A stretch of DNA of 64,000 nt from Candidatus Caldifonticola tengchongensis (GTDB lineage: Bacteria > Sysuimicrobiota > Sysuimicrobiia > Sysuimicrobiales > Sysuimicrobiaceae), in contig JAVKGX010000005.1 in NCBI GenBank assembly GCA_031432545.1, forward strand, positions 70,168 through 134,167, in the 5' to 3' direction. Below the pieces are notes generated by a model. That model was not told the DNA's origin. It made no database searches and worked only from the letters and a program-made list of their open reading frames with translations. This document shows, piece by piece, positions 50,431 through 59,106 of this stretch. Each line of letters starts with the position of its first letter. The first letter of the stretch is position 1. Position numbers and translations under genes: made by a program.

Positions 50431-51096
50431 TCAGAGCCATCGGGCCACGGCCCGGGCGCCGTACAGCTGTGCCAGCGCCGCCCGGGTCGGCCGGCGGCCT
50501 GATTCCTTGAAGGCCAAAAAGCGCCGCAGCATCCTTCCGTGGCGCCGATCGGACGTGCGCAGCCGCCGGTGGGGCATCCGGATCAAAGCCCGCTCGACCT
50601 CCCACACGTTGTGATCGCTCAAGCGCCAGTCGCCGCGCACGATCTCGTCCAGATCGGCCACGCCGTAAGCGACAATGCGGCCCGATCCATCCACGTACGG
50701 GTCGACGTAACTCATCACAAGGTCTCGGATCGTGCGGAAGACGGGCTTGCGGCCGTGCAGCCCCCGATCGCGCGATCGCCCGATGCTGCCCCATCGGCCG
50801 CCGGACCGATACACGAACAGGACGTGGTCCAATCGGTCCTGCGACTCCAGGTCCAAAACCAGGGGCGGATGTCCATGTTGTTCGAGGATCGTGGCCGCCG
50901 CCAGGACCGCCTCCAGACAGTGGGCCTCCCAGTGGCGCACCACCCCGCGGAACGTCCGCAACGTCTCATCCTCACGCTCCCAGTTGTACGGGAGGGTTCG
51001 CAAAAACCGCTGCACCTGCTGTGGGGTGCGGTGGGCGAGTACGACGCGCCGCTCCTTGGGGGTGAATGCCGATAGCGGCGGCCTGCGCGGACGCAT
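50431..51096 (-). CDS. hypothetical protein (possible Cys-His-Asp papain/transglutaminase-like fold; speculative)
   Basis: The sequence from ATG 51096 (MRPRRPPLSAFTPKERR...) is protein-like and not low-complexity (PYNWEREDETLRTFRGVVRHWEAHCLEAV...DHVLFVY). The upstream half of the track ORF (to 51675) is antisense to the Fur-family gene and is rejected. Confidence 0.55.
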   Translation of the reverse strand: MRPRRPPLSAFTPKERRVVLAHRTPQQVQRFLRTLPYNWEREDETLRTFRGVVRHWEAHCLEAVLAAATILEQHGHPPLVLDLESQDRLDHVLFVYRSGGRWGSIGRSRDRGLHGRKPVFRTIRDLVMSYVDPYVDGSGRIVAYGVADLDEIVRGDWRLSDHNVWEVERALIRMPHRRLRTSDRRHGRMLRRFLAFKESGRRPTRAALAQLYGARAVARWL

Positions 51097-51162
51097 CGTC
51101 GAGGGGGTTCTATGCGACGGCCCGGCCTCCCTTGCGCTGTCCGAACCGATATGTAATACTAT

Positions 51163-51633
51163 GTGCAAATGGATATCATAACGCAGACCCGCCGAGAACT
51201 CGCGGCGACCGGACGCCGTGTCACCCCGCAGCGGCTGGCAGTCTACGGGGCGCTGCGGCGTGCGCGGGACCACCCGTCGGCGGAGGATGTGTACCGCTCG
51301 GTCCGGCGGACCCACCCGACGATGAGCCGGGCGACCGTATACCGTGCGCTCGATCTGTTCGCCTCGCTCGGACTCGTGGAGGTGTTCCGGGGCGCGGACG
51401 GGGTCGCGCGGTACGATCCGCATCCCAGCTCGCACGTCAACCTGGAATGTGCGGTGTGCGGGCGCATCGAGGACGTATCCGACCCCGGTCTGCAGACGCT
51501 GGCACAGCGCACCGCCCAGCGGGTGGGCTTCGCGCTGGCCGGGCTCGTGGTCCTGCGCGGCAGGTGTCGGATGTGCGCGGCGGCTCCGAAGACGGCAACA
51601 CCAAACCGGAAAGGGAGGGGACATCATGGGTGA
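51163..51633 (+). CDS. Fur-family metalloregulator (PerR/Fur-like)
   Basis: Signatures are RVTPQRLAVYGAL, SAEDVY, SRATVYRAL, and two CxxC pairs (CAVC, CRMC). The start is GTG 51163 or ATG 51169, inside an AT-rich patch. Confidence 0.85.
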   Translation: MQMDIITQTRRELAATGRRVTPQRLAVYGALRRARDHPSAEDVYRSVRRTHPTMSRATVYRALDLFASLGLVEVFRGADGVARYDPHPSSHVNLECAVCGRIEDVSDPGLQTLAQRTAQRVGFALAGLVVLRGRCRMCAAAPKTATPNRKGRGHHG

Positions 51634-52120
51634 GAAGGGCAGGGCCATCGTCGATCTGGACGTCGAGGAGCTCATCGGTCAACTGCGCAAGGCTTACCTC
51701 GACGAGCTGCTGGCGTTTTACTCGTACTGGATCACTGCTCAGGTGGCGGAAGGCTGGCACGGTGAGGAGCTCGTAGAGCACTTCCAGGACGAGGCGAAGG
51801 ACGAACTCGGCCACGCGCAGAAGCTGGCAGCCCGCATCGTGGAACTGGGGGGTGATCCGGTCGTCCACCCGCGGGACTGGGAGGCCGGTGCCAACGCGCC
51901 GTGGACTGCGCCCCGTGCGAACTGGGCGGACGCCGACGGCATGGTCGAAGACCAGATCCGGGCCGAGCGAGGGGCGATCGAGACGTACAACCGCCTGGCG
52001 AAGATGACGTTCGGCAAGGACCCCGTCACCTACGCCCTCGCGACGGAGTTGCTCGCAGACGAAGTCCGCCACGAGGAGTTCCTGGAAAACCTTCTGGGCG
52101 GCCGCAGATCGAAGGCGTAG
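51626..52120 (+). CDS. ferritin-like di-iron protein (bacterioferritin family)
   Basis: Two ExxH ferroxidase motifs are present (EAKDELGHAQ, LADEVRHEEF) in a four-helix-bundle-length protein. ATG 51626 overlaps the Fur-family stop by 8 nt and follows a GGGAGGGG SD. Confidence 0.8.
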   Translation: MGEKGRAIVDLDVEELIGQLRKAYLDELLAFYSYWITAQVAEGWHGEELVEHFQDEAKDELGHAQKLAARIVELGGDPVVHPRDWEAGANAPWTAPRANWADADGMVEDQIRAERGAIETYNRLAKMTFGKDPVTYALATELLADEVRHEEFLENLLGGRRSKA

Positions 52121-52274
52121 CCGCCCGACCGTACGTGAGGACTCCTTCCGGGCCTGCGGGGCCGCGGGAGGAGTTCTCGTCTGCGCGGTCGAACGCGTGG
52201 GATGGGCCAGAGGGGGAAACCAACGACAGCAGGGGTTGCAGCTAGGCGTCGCGGATTTCTCGGAGAACACCCGA

Positions 52275-54062
52275 ATGGCCCGCTTCGGCGCGTTGATCTT
52301 CATCGCCGCGCTCGCACTCGGCGTGCGCGGAGCGCCTGCCTTCGGTCAGGCAGGCCCCCGAATCGTCGTCAACGGGGAAGAACTCCGGCTCGACCCGCCG
52401 GCGGCGTTCCGCAGGGGCGTCCTGTTCGCTCCGATCGACAACCTGTTCGCGCCCTACGGCGCATCGGCCCGCTGGGATCTTGCGACCCGCACCGCGGAGG
52501 TGCAGGGCGGACGCGACGTCCGCGTCCAGTTTCGGGCCAACGACACCCACGCGACGGTCAACGGGGAGCTGCGTCCTCTGCCCTCGCCCGCGGTGGTCGT
52601 CGACGGCCGCCTGCTCGTGCCGGTCGAGTTCGCCTATCAGGCGCTGGGTGCGTGGGTGCGGTGGGAGGCTCAGGAGAACACCCTGCACGTCGCCTCCCAG
52701 GTCCTGAGGTTGGTGTTCGAGCGCGGGTTGTGGGGTCTTCGCCTGCAGATCGAAGCCACCGGTCCGGTGCGGGCGCGCACGGTCACGCTAGCGCAGCCAG
52801 ACCGGGTGGTGATCGACCTTTTGAACGCGGTCTCCCGGATCCAGACCCGCGAGACCGCGCTGCAGGACGGCGGCATCCAGCGGGTGCGCATCGCGCAGTT
52901 CCAGACCAAGCCCTACGTGACGCGGATCGTGCTGGACGTGGAAACCCCGCTGGAGGCGGAAGTCGGACAGGGCAGCGGTCACGATCTGGTGGTGACGTTC
53001 CGGCCGCCCCGGGCGTCGACCTCCCTCGCGCCACCTACGGATCCGCCGCGGTCGGCCACGCCGGCCCTGGTCGAGACGGTGGCGCCGCTCCCTCCCCCGC
53101 CGGGACCGTTGCCGGGCCACCACGACGTCCAGTTGCCGACCCCACCTCCGGCGACTCCGCCGGGACCGGCCGGGGATACGCCGCGCATCCTCGAGGTCGT
53201 CGTCCAGCGGGAGGTCGGCCGCATCCGGGTGGTCGTGCACGGAGACCGCCCCTTGCAGTACAGGGTACACGAGCTGCCCGAGCCGGACCGGTTGATCCTG
53301 GATCTCCCGGCGGTGTTCGTCCCCGTCAAACAGGAGATCCCGGTCGGCGGTCCGATCGAGGTGGTGCGCGCTGCGCAGTTCCAGGCCGATCCCAACATCG
53401 CCCGCATCGTGCTCCAGTGGCGCCAGCGGACCTCGTACCAGATATCGGCGGAGGAAGGGGGCGCCCGTCTGGTGATCGCGGTCGAAGACGAGCCGGCGTC
53501 GGTCGTCCGGGGTCGCCACGTCGTGGCGATCGACCCCGGCCACGGCGGCAAAGACCCGGGCGCGATCGGGGTGACCGGACTGGTGGAGAAAGACGTCGTC
53601 CTCGACGTCTCCTTGCGCGTGCGGACCGTACTTGCGCGGGCCGGCGTCCGCACCGTGATGACGCGCGAGGCCGACATCTTCGTGGACCTGGCCGACCGTG
53701 TGCCGATCGCGTTGCGCGCGGGCGCCACGGTCTTCGTCAGCGTCCACGCGAACTCGAACACGCGGGGCGTGATCCGCGGCTCGGAGACCTACTACCTCAA
53801 GCCCAGCGGTCTGCCGCTGGCGACCGCGATCCAGGAAGAAATGGGGCGTAGCCTGGGGATCCCCGACCGCGGCGTGCGCAGCGCGAACTTCAAGGTGCTG
53901 CGCGACGCGCCGATCCCCGCTGCCCTGGTGGAGATCGGGTACCTATCCAACCTACAGGACGAGGCCCTGCTGCGCACACCCTCATTCCGCCAGCTCGCTG
54001 CCGAGGCGATCGGACGGGGCATCCTGCGCTTCCTGACCACCGCGCCGCCGCCGCAGCCGTGA
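52275..54062 (+). CDS. N-acetylmuramoyl-L-alanine amidase with a copper-amine-oxidase-like N-terminal domain and two AMIN-like domains
   Basis: It has a signal peptide. A stalk-like domain follows (VNGEELRLD...VDGRLLVPVEF). The pattern RVVIDL/RLILDL ... VRIAQF/VRAAQF repeats. The Amidase_3 core is AIDPGHGGKDPGA...VSVHANS. Confidence 0.85.
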   Translation: MARFGALIFIAALALGVRGAPAFGQAGPRIVVNGEELRLDPPAAFRRGVLFAPIDNLFAPYGASARWDLATRTAEVQGGRDVRVQFRANDTHATVNGELRPLPSPAVVVDGRLLVPVEFAYQALGAWVRWEAQENTLHVASQVLRLVFERGLWGLRLQIEATGPVRARTVTLAQPDRVVIDLLNAVSRIQTRETALQDGGIQRVRIAQFQTKPYVTRIVLDVETPLEAEVGQGSGHDLVVTFRPPRASTSLAPPTDPPRSATPALVETVAPLPPPPGPLPGHHDVQLPTPPPATPPGPAGDTPRILEVVVQREVGRIRVVVHGDRPLQYRVHELPEPDRLILDLPAVFVPVKQEIPVGGPIEVVRAAQFQADPNIARIVLQWRQRTSYQISAEEGGARLVIAVEDEPASVVRGRHVVAIDPGHGGKDPGAIGVTGLVEKDVVLDVSLRVRTVLARAGVRTVMTREADIFVDLADRVPIALRAGATVFVSVHANSNTRGVIRGSETYYLKPSGLPLATAIQEEMGRSLGIPDRGVRSANFKVLRDAPIPAALVEIGYLSNLQDEALLRTPSFRQLAAEAIGRGILRFLTTAPPPQP

Positions 54063-54063
54063 T

Positions 54064-54813
54064 TTGATGAGGCTCACCGTCTTGGGCCGATCGGGAGGCT
54101 ACGCACGGGCCGGGGAAGCGTGCTCCGGCTACCTGGTGGAAGACGGCGGGAGGCGGATCCTGCTCGACCTCGGCAACGGCGTGCTGTCCCGCCTGCTGGA
54201 GCGTTTGGACGTGTACGCGCTGGACGGTTTGGTGCTGTCCCACATGCACCCCGACCACGTGGCCGACTTCCCCTCGCTGCGCGTTGCGCTGGAGTGGAGC
54301 CATCCGAGCGGAAGTTGGGGAGGGCACCTTCCCGTGATGGCCGGGCAGGACGCCCCCGCCTACCTGGCGGGCTACGCCGGGGACGATGCGATGCGGTGCT
54401 TCGACATCCTCCGGATCCGCCCCGGCACAGCGGTCGACTTCTGTGGGTTTCGGCTGCGGTTTGCGAGGGCGTCCCATCCCGTACCGACGTACGCGGTGCG
54501 CATCGAGAGCGGAGGGTGTGCGCTCGTGTACACCGCCGACACCGGGCCGTCGGACGACGTCGTTTGCCTGGCTGAGGGCGCCGACCTGCTGCTGGCGGAG
54601 GCCACGCTCACGGATGCCTACGAGCACCTGGCTGCCTCGGTTGGCCACCTGACGGGATCGATGGCGGGTGAGATGGCGGCGCGGGCCGGCGTCGGTCGTC
54701 TGCTGCTCACGCACTTCTTCCCCACCAGCGACCCACAGGAGTCTGCCCGCCAGGCACAGAAGGCGTTCGGTGACGTCGCCTGCGCGGAGGAGAGACGGAC
54801 GTACGAGGTTTGA
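54064..54813 (+). CDS. MBL-fold metallo-hydrolase
   Basis: Signatures are [12 protein letters not shown] and later H/D ligands (YTADTG, LTHF). The start is TTG 54064 or ATG 54067. Confidence 0.8.
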   Translation: MMRLTVLGRSGGYARAGEACSGYLVEDGGRRILLDLGNGVLSRLLERLDVYALDGLVLSHMHPDHVADFPSLRVALEWSHPSGSWGGHLPVMAGQDAPAYLAGYAGDDAMRCFDILRIRPGTAVDFCGFRLRFARASHPVPTYAVRIESGGCALVYTADTGPSDDVVCLAEGADLLLAEATLTDAYEHLAASVGHLTGSMAGEMAARAGVGRLLLTHFFPTSDPQESARQAQKAFGDVACAEERRTYEV

Positions 54814-54814
54814 G

Positions 54815-55555
54815 ATGGCGCAGCACAAAACCGGTGCGGTGCGGGCGGACGGCCGCGCGGCGGACGAACTGCGCCCCTGTCGGATCACCCGCCGGTACCT
54901 GAAGCACGCCGAGGGATCGGTGTTGATCGAGCTGGGGGATACGCGCGTCATCTGCGCGGCCACGGTCGAGGATCGTGTGCCGCAGTGGCTGAGGGGCAGC
55001 GGGCAGGGATGGATCACCGCGGAATACGGGATGCTGCCGCGCTCTTCCCGGGAACGCATCCCCCGCGAGGCCGGGGGCAAGATCGGAGGCCGTACCCATG
55101 AGATCCAGAGGCTGATCGGCCGATCCCTGCGTGCTGCGGTCGACCTCAAGAATCTGGGAGAACGCACGATCTGGATCGACTGCGACGTGCTGCAGGCCGA
55201 CGGCGGCACCCGGACGGCGGCGGTGACCGGGGCGTTCGTTGCGCTCGTCGATGCGATCGGGCTGCTGCACCGCACCCAGGCGCTGTCCTCCTGGCCCGTC
55301 CGCAGCTTCGTCGCCGCCACGAGCGTGGGGATCGTGGGCGGGATGCCGATGCTCGACCTGGCGTACGACGAGGACTCGAAGGCAGAGGTCGACATGAACC
55401 TGGTCATGACCGACCGCGGCGAGTTCGTGGAGATTCAGGGGACGGGGGAGGGCAGGGCGTTCGCGCGTGAGGAACTCCTCGCGCTGATGCATCTGGGGGA
55501 ATCCGGAATCCGTCGCTTGATCGAGATCCAGAAGGAGAGCCTGCGGGACGGCTGA
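54815..55555 (+). CDS. rph: ribonuclease PH
   Basis: Signatures are RADGR...[31 protein letters not shown], and [14 protein letters not shown]. Confidence 0.93.
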   Translation: MAQHKTGAVRADGRAADELRPCRITRRYLKHAEGSVLIELGDTRVICAATVEDRVPQWLRGSGQGWITAEYGMLPRSSRERIPREAGGKIGGRTHEIQRLIGRSLRAAVDLKNLGERTIWIDCDVLQADGGTRTAAVTGAFVALVDAIGLLHRTQALSSWPVRSFVAATSVGIVGGMPMLDLAYDEDSKAEVDMNLVMTDRGEFVEIQGTGEGRAFAREELLALMHLGESGIRRLIEIQKESLRDG

Positions 55556-55607
55556 GGCACGGGCCTTGCACACAGAGAAGCGTGACCCACGTGGGGGGTC
55601 TGGCATC

Positions 55608-56225
55608 GTGAGCAGCCACACACGCGCCGTGCTCGTCATCGCGACCCGGAACCCCGGCAAGCTGCGAGAATTGCAGCGGATCCTCGACGACCTTCCGTTC
55701 GAGCTGCGGACGCTGCGCGACTATCCGGACCTCCCGGTCCTTCCTGAGGAAGGGGCCATGTACGCGGAGAACGCGGTTTCCAAGGCCGTCACGGTCGCGC
55801 GGTGGACGGGTGAGATCGCCCTCGCCGACGACTCCGGCATCGAGGTGGATTACCTGGAAGGCCGGCCCGGAGTGCACTCGGCACGCTTCCTGGGCGACGA
55901 CGCCACCGACGAAGACCGCAACCGGGAGGTCCTGCGGAGACTGGAGGGGGTACCCCCGGAGAGTCGGACGGCGCGCTACCGTGCGGTCGTCGCCGTCGCC
56001 TTTCCGGACGGTTCGGTGCGGACGTTCGAGGGCGTCTGCGAGGGGATGATCGCCCGGACGCCGCGGGGAGAAGGCGGATTCGGCTACGACCCGATCTTCT
56101 ACGTTCCGGAGCTGGACCGCACGGTGGCCGAACTCTCCCCGGAGGAGAAGGACCGGATCAGCCATCGCGGGCAGGCGCTGCGCGCAGCCCGAGGTTTCCT
56201 GGCGGAGCTGGCCCGCGGGTCGTAG
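55608..56225 (+). CDS. rdgB: dITP/XTP pyrophosphatase (Ham1/RdgB)
   Basis: Signatures are ATRNPGKLRE, ADDSG.EVD.L.G.PGV.SAR, and GFGYDPIF. It follows rph in conserved synteny. The start is uncertain (GTG 55608 or TTG 55566). Confidence 0.88.
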   Translation: MSSHTRAVLVIATRNPGKLRELQRILDDLPFELRTLRDYPDLPVLPEEGAMYAENAVSKAVTVARWTGEIALADDSGIEVDYLEGRPGVHSARFLGDDATDEDRNREVLRRLEGVPPESRTARYRAVVAVAFPDGSVRTFEGVCEGMIARTPRGEGGFGYDPIFYVPELDRTVAELSPEEKDRISHRGQALRAARGFLAELARGS

Positions 56226-56293
56226 CGCGGTTTCCGGCCCGGCGTTGGCCCTGATAAGATTCCAAGCAAGGGGTTTGAGAACCGGAGGCAGGC

Positions 56294-57031
56294 ATGGCCA
56301 ACTCGTTCTTCGGAAATCCCTTCTGGAACTACTGGTCGCTCACGTTCGCGGTATTTTTGATCTTCTTGTTCTCCTTCATCGTCGCCGGGATGGACGTCCG
56401 CGAGGAGATCGCTGAGGCACTGCGCAAGGCGCAGACCAAGCGCGGCAGGGCAAAGCCGAGGTTCACCGATCCGCTGGCCGACCGCAGCGTGGCGGCCACA
56501 CTCGATCCGGGGGCCAACCGGCAGCTTCCACCCCATCTGCAGTGGGTGTACGATCGGGTTGTCCCGATCGCCCGTCGCCTCGGCATCGAGGCGCGTGTCC
56601 TCGTCTACGAAGACTCCAAGAGCCATCCGCTAATCCACGTCACCGACGGCAAGAGGCTGATCAGCTACCGCCTGGACAAGACCCTCGCGCAGGAAGCCCG
56701 CTCGGGGGACGCCGACAAGCTCGCGGAAGCGGACCGCCGCATCGAGGCGTTCCTCCGGCTCGAGTGGCTGGGCGACGAGACGGCGATGCGGCGCACGACG
56801 GAACTCGCCAAGGAAGCCGCGCGCAGCGCGGCCAAAGCACAGACACGGGCCACTCCGGATGCCGGCACGGCACAGGGCCCGGAGTCGGAGGCCGCACGGG
56901 TCGGGGCTGCCGAACAGGAAGGCAAGGCCGCATCCGCCGCCGACCCCAGGGCGGCCGAGCGCCAGCGGATCATCGAGGAAGCCAGGGCGCGGGCGGCGGC
57001 CCGCAGGGCGCAGAAGGAAGGCGACTCGTAG
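56294..57031 (+). CDS. N-terminally membrane-anchored hypothetical protein with an Ala/Glu/Arg-rich tail
   Basis: It has one TM helix (LTFAVFLIFLFSFIVAG), a globular middle region, and a charged low-complexity C-terminus. I recognise no family. Confidence 0.55.
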   Translation: MANSFFGNPFWNYWSLTFAVFLIFLFSFIVAGMDVREEIAEALRKAQTKRGRAKPRFTDPLADRSVAATLDPGANRQLPPHLQWVYDRVVPIARRLGIEARVLVYEDSKSHPLIHVTDGKRLISYRLDKTLAQEARSGDADKLAEADRRIEAFLRLEWLGDETAMRRTTELAKEAARSAAKAQTRATPDAGTAQGPESEAARVGAAEQEGKAASAADPRAAERQRIIEEARARAAARRAQKEGDS

Positions 57032-57037
57032 GGTGCC

Positions 57038-58687
57038 TTAAAGAAGCGGACCGCCGGGATCCTGCAGCAACGCCCGGCGCGCCAGCGGCAGCGGTGGGGC
57101 TCCCAGACCGATCAACCGGTCGTGGAACTCCCGCAGCCGGAATGCTCCTGCCCACTCCCTCTCGCAGTCCGCGCGGAGTCTGCGCACCATGAGCTTTCCC
57201 AGCGTGTAGTTCAGATACCCGGGATCGAAGGTACCGCGCTCGGCCTCCTTCGACGCCGGAAGCGGCTCCAAGTAGGCGTCTTCGACGAACCGGCGCGCGG
57301 CCTGCTGGACGGTCATCCCGCGGGCGTGCATCCCCACGGCGACGACGTACCGCACCGCGCGGGTCAGCGCGTCGAGGACCTGGGCCAGTTGGAACTTGGG
57401 GTTCCCCTCACCGTATCCGGCCTCGAGCATCATCTCCTCGCAGTAGTGCGCCCACCCCTCGACGAACGCATACGACGTGTACACCTTCGCGACGCGGGAC
57501 GGGACACGCTTGAGGTGGAGGAAGTGGATGTAGTGTCCGGGGTAGGCTTCGTGGACGCTCGTGTTCGTGAGGGTGTAGTAGTCGAAGCGGCGCAGCCATT
57601 GTTCCTTCTGCTCGGGCGCCCACTTCGGATCCGGCAGGGTGACATAGTAATACGACTCCGTCGCCCGCTCCTCGAACGGTCCCGAGGTGTCCATCATCGC
57701 GAACGCCCACCGCAAAAACGGCGGTGTCGGCTCGACGCGGCAGTCGGACTGCTCGGGCAGGCCCACCAGGTCGCGTTCCACAAGGAAGGCGCGGAGTTCG
57801 TCCAGGATGCGCCGGGTGGCAGGGATCAGCTCCGCTTCGTCAGGGTGCTCTTCGGCCATCGCGCGCACGATCTCCGCCGGTGAGCGCTGCCCATCGATCG
57901 CCCTGGCCACTTCCGCACACCGAGCCTTCAGCCTGTCGAGTTCGGCTTCCCCCACCCGCGCCAGCTCGTCCACGTCCATCGCCACGCGTTCGCCGGTCCA
58001 CAGCATCTGCTGGAACCGCTGCGGCCCGATCGCGAATTCGTCCGTCGTCTGGGGCAGGACGACGTCGTGTAGGTGCCGGAGGAGGGTCCCAACGGCCGTG
58101 GCGGCGCGGCCGCAGGCTTCGCTGAGCCGCGTGCGCATACGGTCCGACGCAGGGTTTGCGGCCTGGGGCAGGTCGGTTTCCAGGAACTCAACCAGGCCCT
58201 CGAACATCTCGACGGCGGTCTGCGCGTGAGGGCGCGGGCAGCGTTCGAGGTTGCGTCGGGCGTCGGCGACGACGCGGGGGAACTGGTTGAGGTGCTCGGC
58301 CAGCCTGTTGAGGCGCTCGTCAAGCGGAGCGTAGTCGCGCTTGATGTAGTGGCTGACGTCGAGTAGGTGCGTGTAGACGATGGGGTTGCGCGCGAACTCG
58401 CGCAACCCTTCGAGTTCGAACTGCTCGCGCTCGATGCCGATCATCAAGAGTTCCCGATCCATGGCGTGCTGTGGCGGCAGCGGGGACGGGTCGACAGCTT
58501 CGAGTTGGCGGCGGAACGTCGACAGCTCGCGGATCCGACGGTCGATGGCGTCGGGGCCGAACGTACCTGCCTGGCCGTCGTAGTCGTGCAGGCCGATGCG
58601 CGATGCCCACATCGGATAGAAGGCGAAGTGGGCGGACAGGGTCCGGTCGGCCAGCTGCTCGAACGGGCTCTTCATGTGCGCCTCCAC
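57038..58687 (-). CDS. DUF885-family protein (putative metallopeptidase-like)
   Basis: It has the family-typical length and the motif SVHEAYPGHYIHF. An alternative start ATG lies 4 codons downstream (58675). Confidence 0.8.
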   Translation of the reverse strand: MEAHMKSPFEQLADRTLSAHFAFYPMWASRIGLHDYDGQAGTFGPDAIDRRIRELSTFRRQLEAVDPSPLPPQHAMDRELLMIGIEREQFELEGLREFARNPIVYTHLLDVSHYIKRDYAPLDERLNRLAEHLNQFPRVVADARRNLERCPRPHAQTAVEMFEGLVEFLETDLPQAANPASDRMRTRLSEACGRAATAVGTLLRHLHDVVLPQTTDEFAIGPQRFQQMLWTGERVAMDVDELARVGEAELDRLKARCAEVARAIDGQRSPAEIVRAMAEEHPDEAELIPATRRILDELRAFLVERDLVGLPEQSDCRVEPTPPFLRWAFAMMDTSGPFEERATESYYYVTLPDPKWAPEQKEQWLRRFDYYTLTNTSVHEAYPGHYIHFLHLKRVPSRVAKVYTSYAFVEGWAHYCEEMMLEAGYGEGNPKFQLAQVLDALTRAVRYVVAVGMHARGMTVQQAARRFVEDAYLEPLPASKEAERGTFDPGYLNYTLGKLMVRRLRADCEREWAGAFRLREFHDRLIGLGAPPLPLARRALLQDPGGPLL

Positions 58688-58797
58688 GTGGTGGATGGAT
58701 TCGAGTTCCGCCCGGGGCCCTCCCGCCGCGGACGTCGTGCCCCCGGAGCCGGCCCCTGGTCCCCATCCCCAGACCCCTGGTACAGTGTTACCGGTTT

Positions 58798-58874
58798 CGG
58801 GGCGTGGCGCAGCCCGGCAGCGCGTCTGCTTTGGGAGCAGAAGGTCGCCGGTTCAAGTCCGGCCGCCCCGACCA
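58798..58874 (+). tRNA. tRNA-Pro (anticodon UGG), CCA encoded
   Basis: A full cloverleaf was folded by hand: acceptor CGGGGCG/CGCCCCG, D stem GCGC/GCGC, anticodon stem TCTGC/GCAGA with loop TTTGGGA, and T arm GCCGG-TTCAAGT-CCGGC. Discriminator A and CCA follow. Confidence 0.93.
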
Positions 58875-58932
58875 TCACCTGCATGCGACATCCGAGGCGG
58901 GGTGCTGCAGCGGCGGGGTCGGTGCATCGGAA
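58845..58932. repeat. 88-bp direct repeat, copy 1 (last 30 nt of tRNA-Pro plus 58 nt of 3' flank)
   Basis: It is identical to 59019-59106 at 87/88 positions. The one difference is A at 58909 versus G at 59083. Confidence 0.9.
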
Positions 58933-59018
58933 CCGGCGACCTTGGGCGGGGTCCCCGGCAAGTGGCGGGTGGGTGTATGGGGGCGGAGGGGAGTTGCGGG
59001 CCACTTGCTGGGGTGGAT

Positions 59019-59106
59019 TCGCCGGTTCAAGTCCGGCCGCCCCGACCATCACCTGCATGCGACATCCGAGGCGGGGTGCTGCGGCGGCGGGGTCGGTGCA
59101 TCGGAA
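59019..59106. repeat. 88-bp direct repeat, copy 2 (orphan tRNA-Pro 3' end plus flank, overlapping the 3' end of the coxL-like gene)
   Basis: See copy 1. The coxL-like stop codon (59049-59051, minus strand) abuts the tRNA-like CCA (59046-59048). Confidence 0.9.

Noticed and set aside
49720-51100. A genomic island integrated at the tmRNA 3' end.
   Set aside because: There is no direct repeat of the ssrA 3' end downstream, no integrase or mobility genes, and no obvious change in base composition.
50431-51675. The full-length 414-aa minus-strand ORF from the track.
   Set aside because: Its N-terminal half (51097-51675) is antisense to the Fur-family gene and is low-complexity. Only the part from ATG 51096 downstream looks like genuine coding sequence.
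58967-58991. A canonical G-quadruplex motif, GGGTGGGTGTATGGGGGCGGAGGGG, in the spacer between the two 88-bp repeats.
   Set aside because: Such motifs are expected by chance in DNA this GC-rich. Nothing in the window singles this one out functionally.
58933-59048. A second, complete tRNA gene formed by the spacer plus repeat copy 2.
   Set aside because: The best 5' acceptor candidate (GGGGGCG at about 58979-58985) gives only a ~70-nt molecule. It has no D-arm and an irregular anticodon arm (4-bp stem with an 8-nt loop), so it looks like an orphan 3' fragment.
58845-59106. A CRISPR-like or tandem-repeat array.
   Set aside because: There are only two copies. The 88-bp unit contains tRNA sequence, and there are no cas genes or regular spacer architecture.
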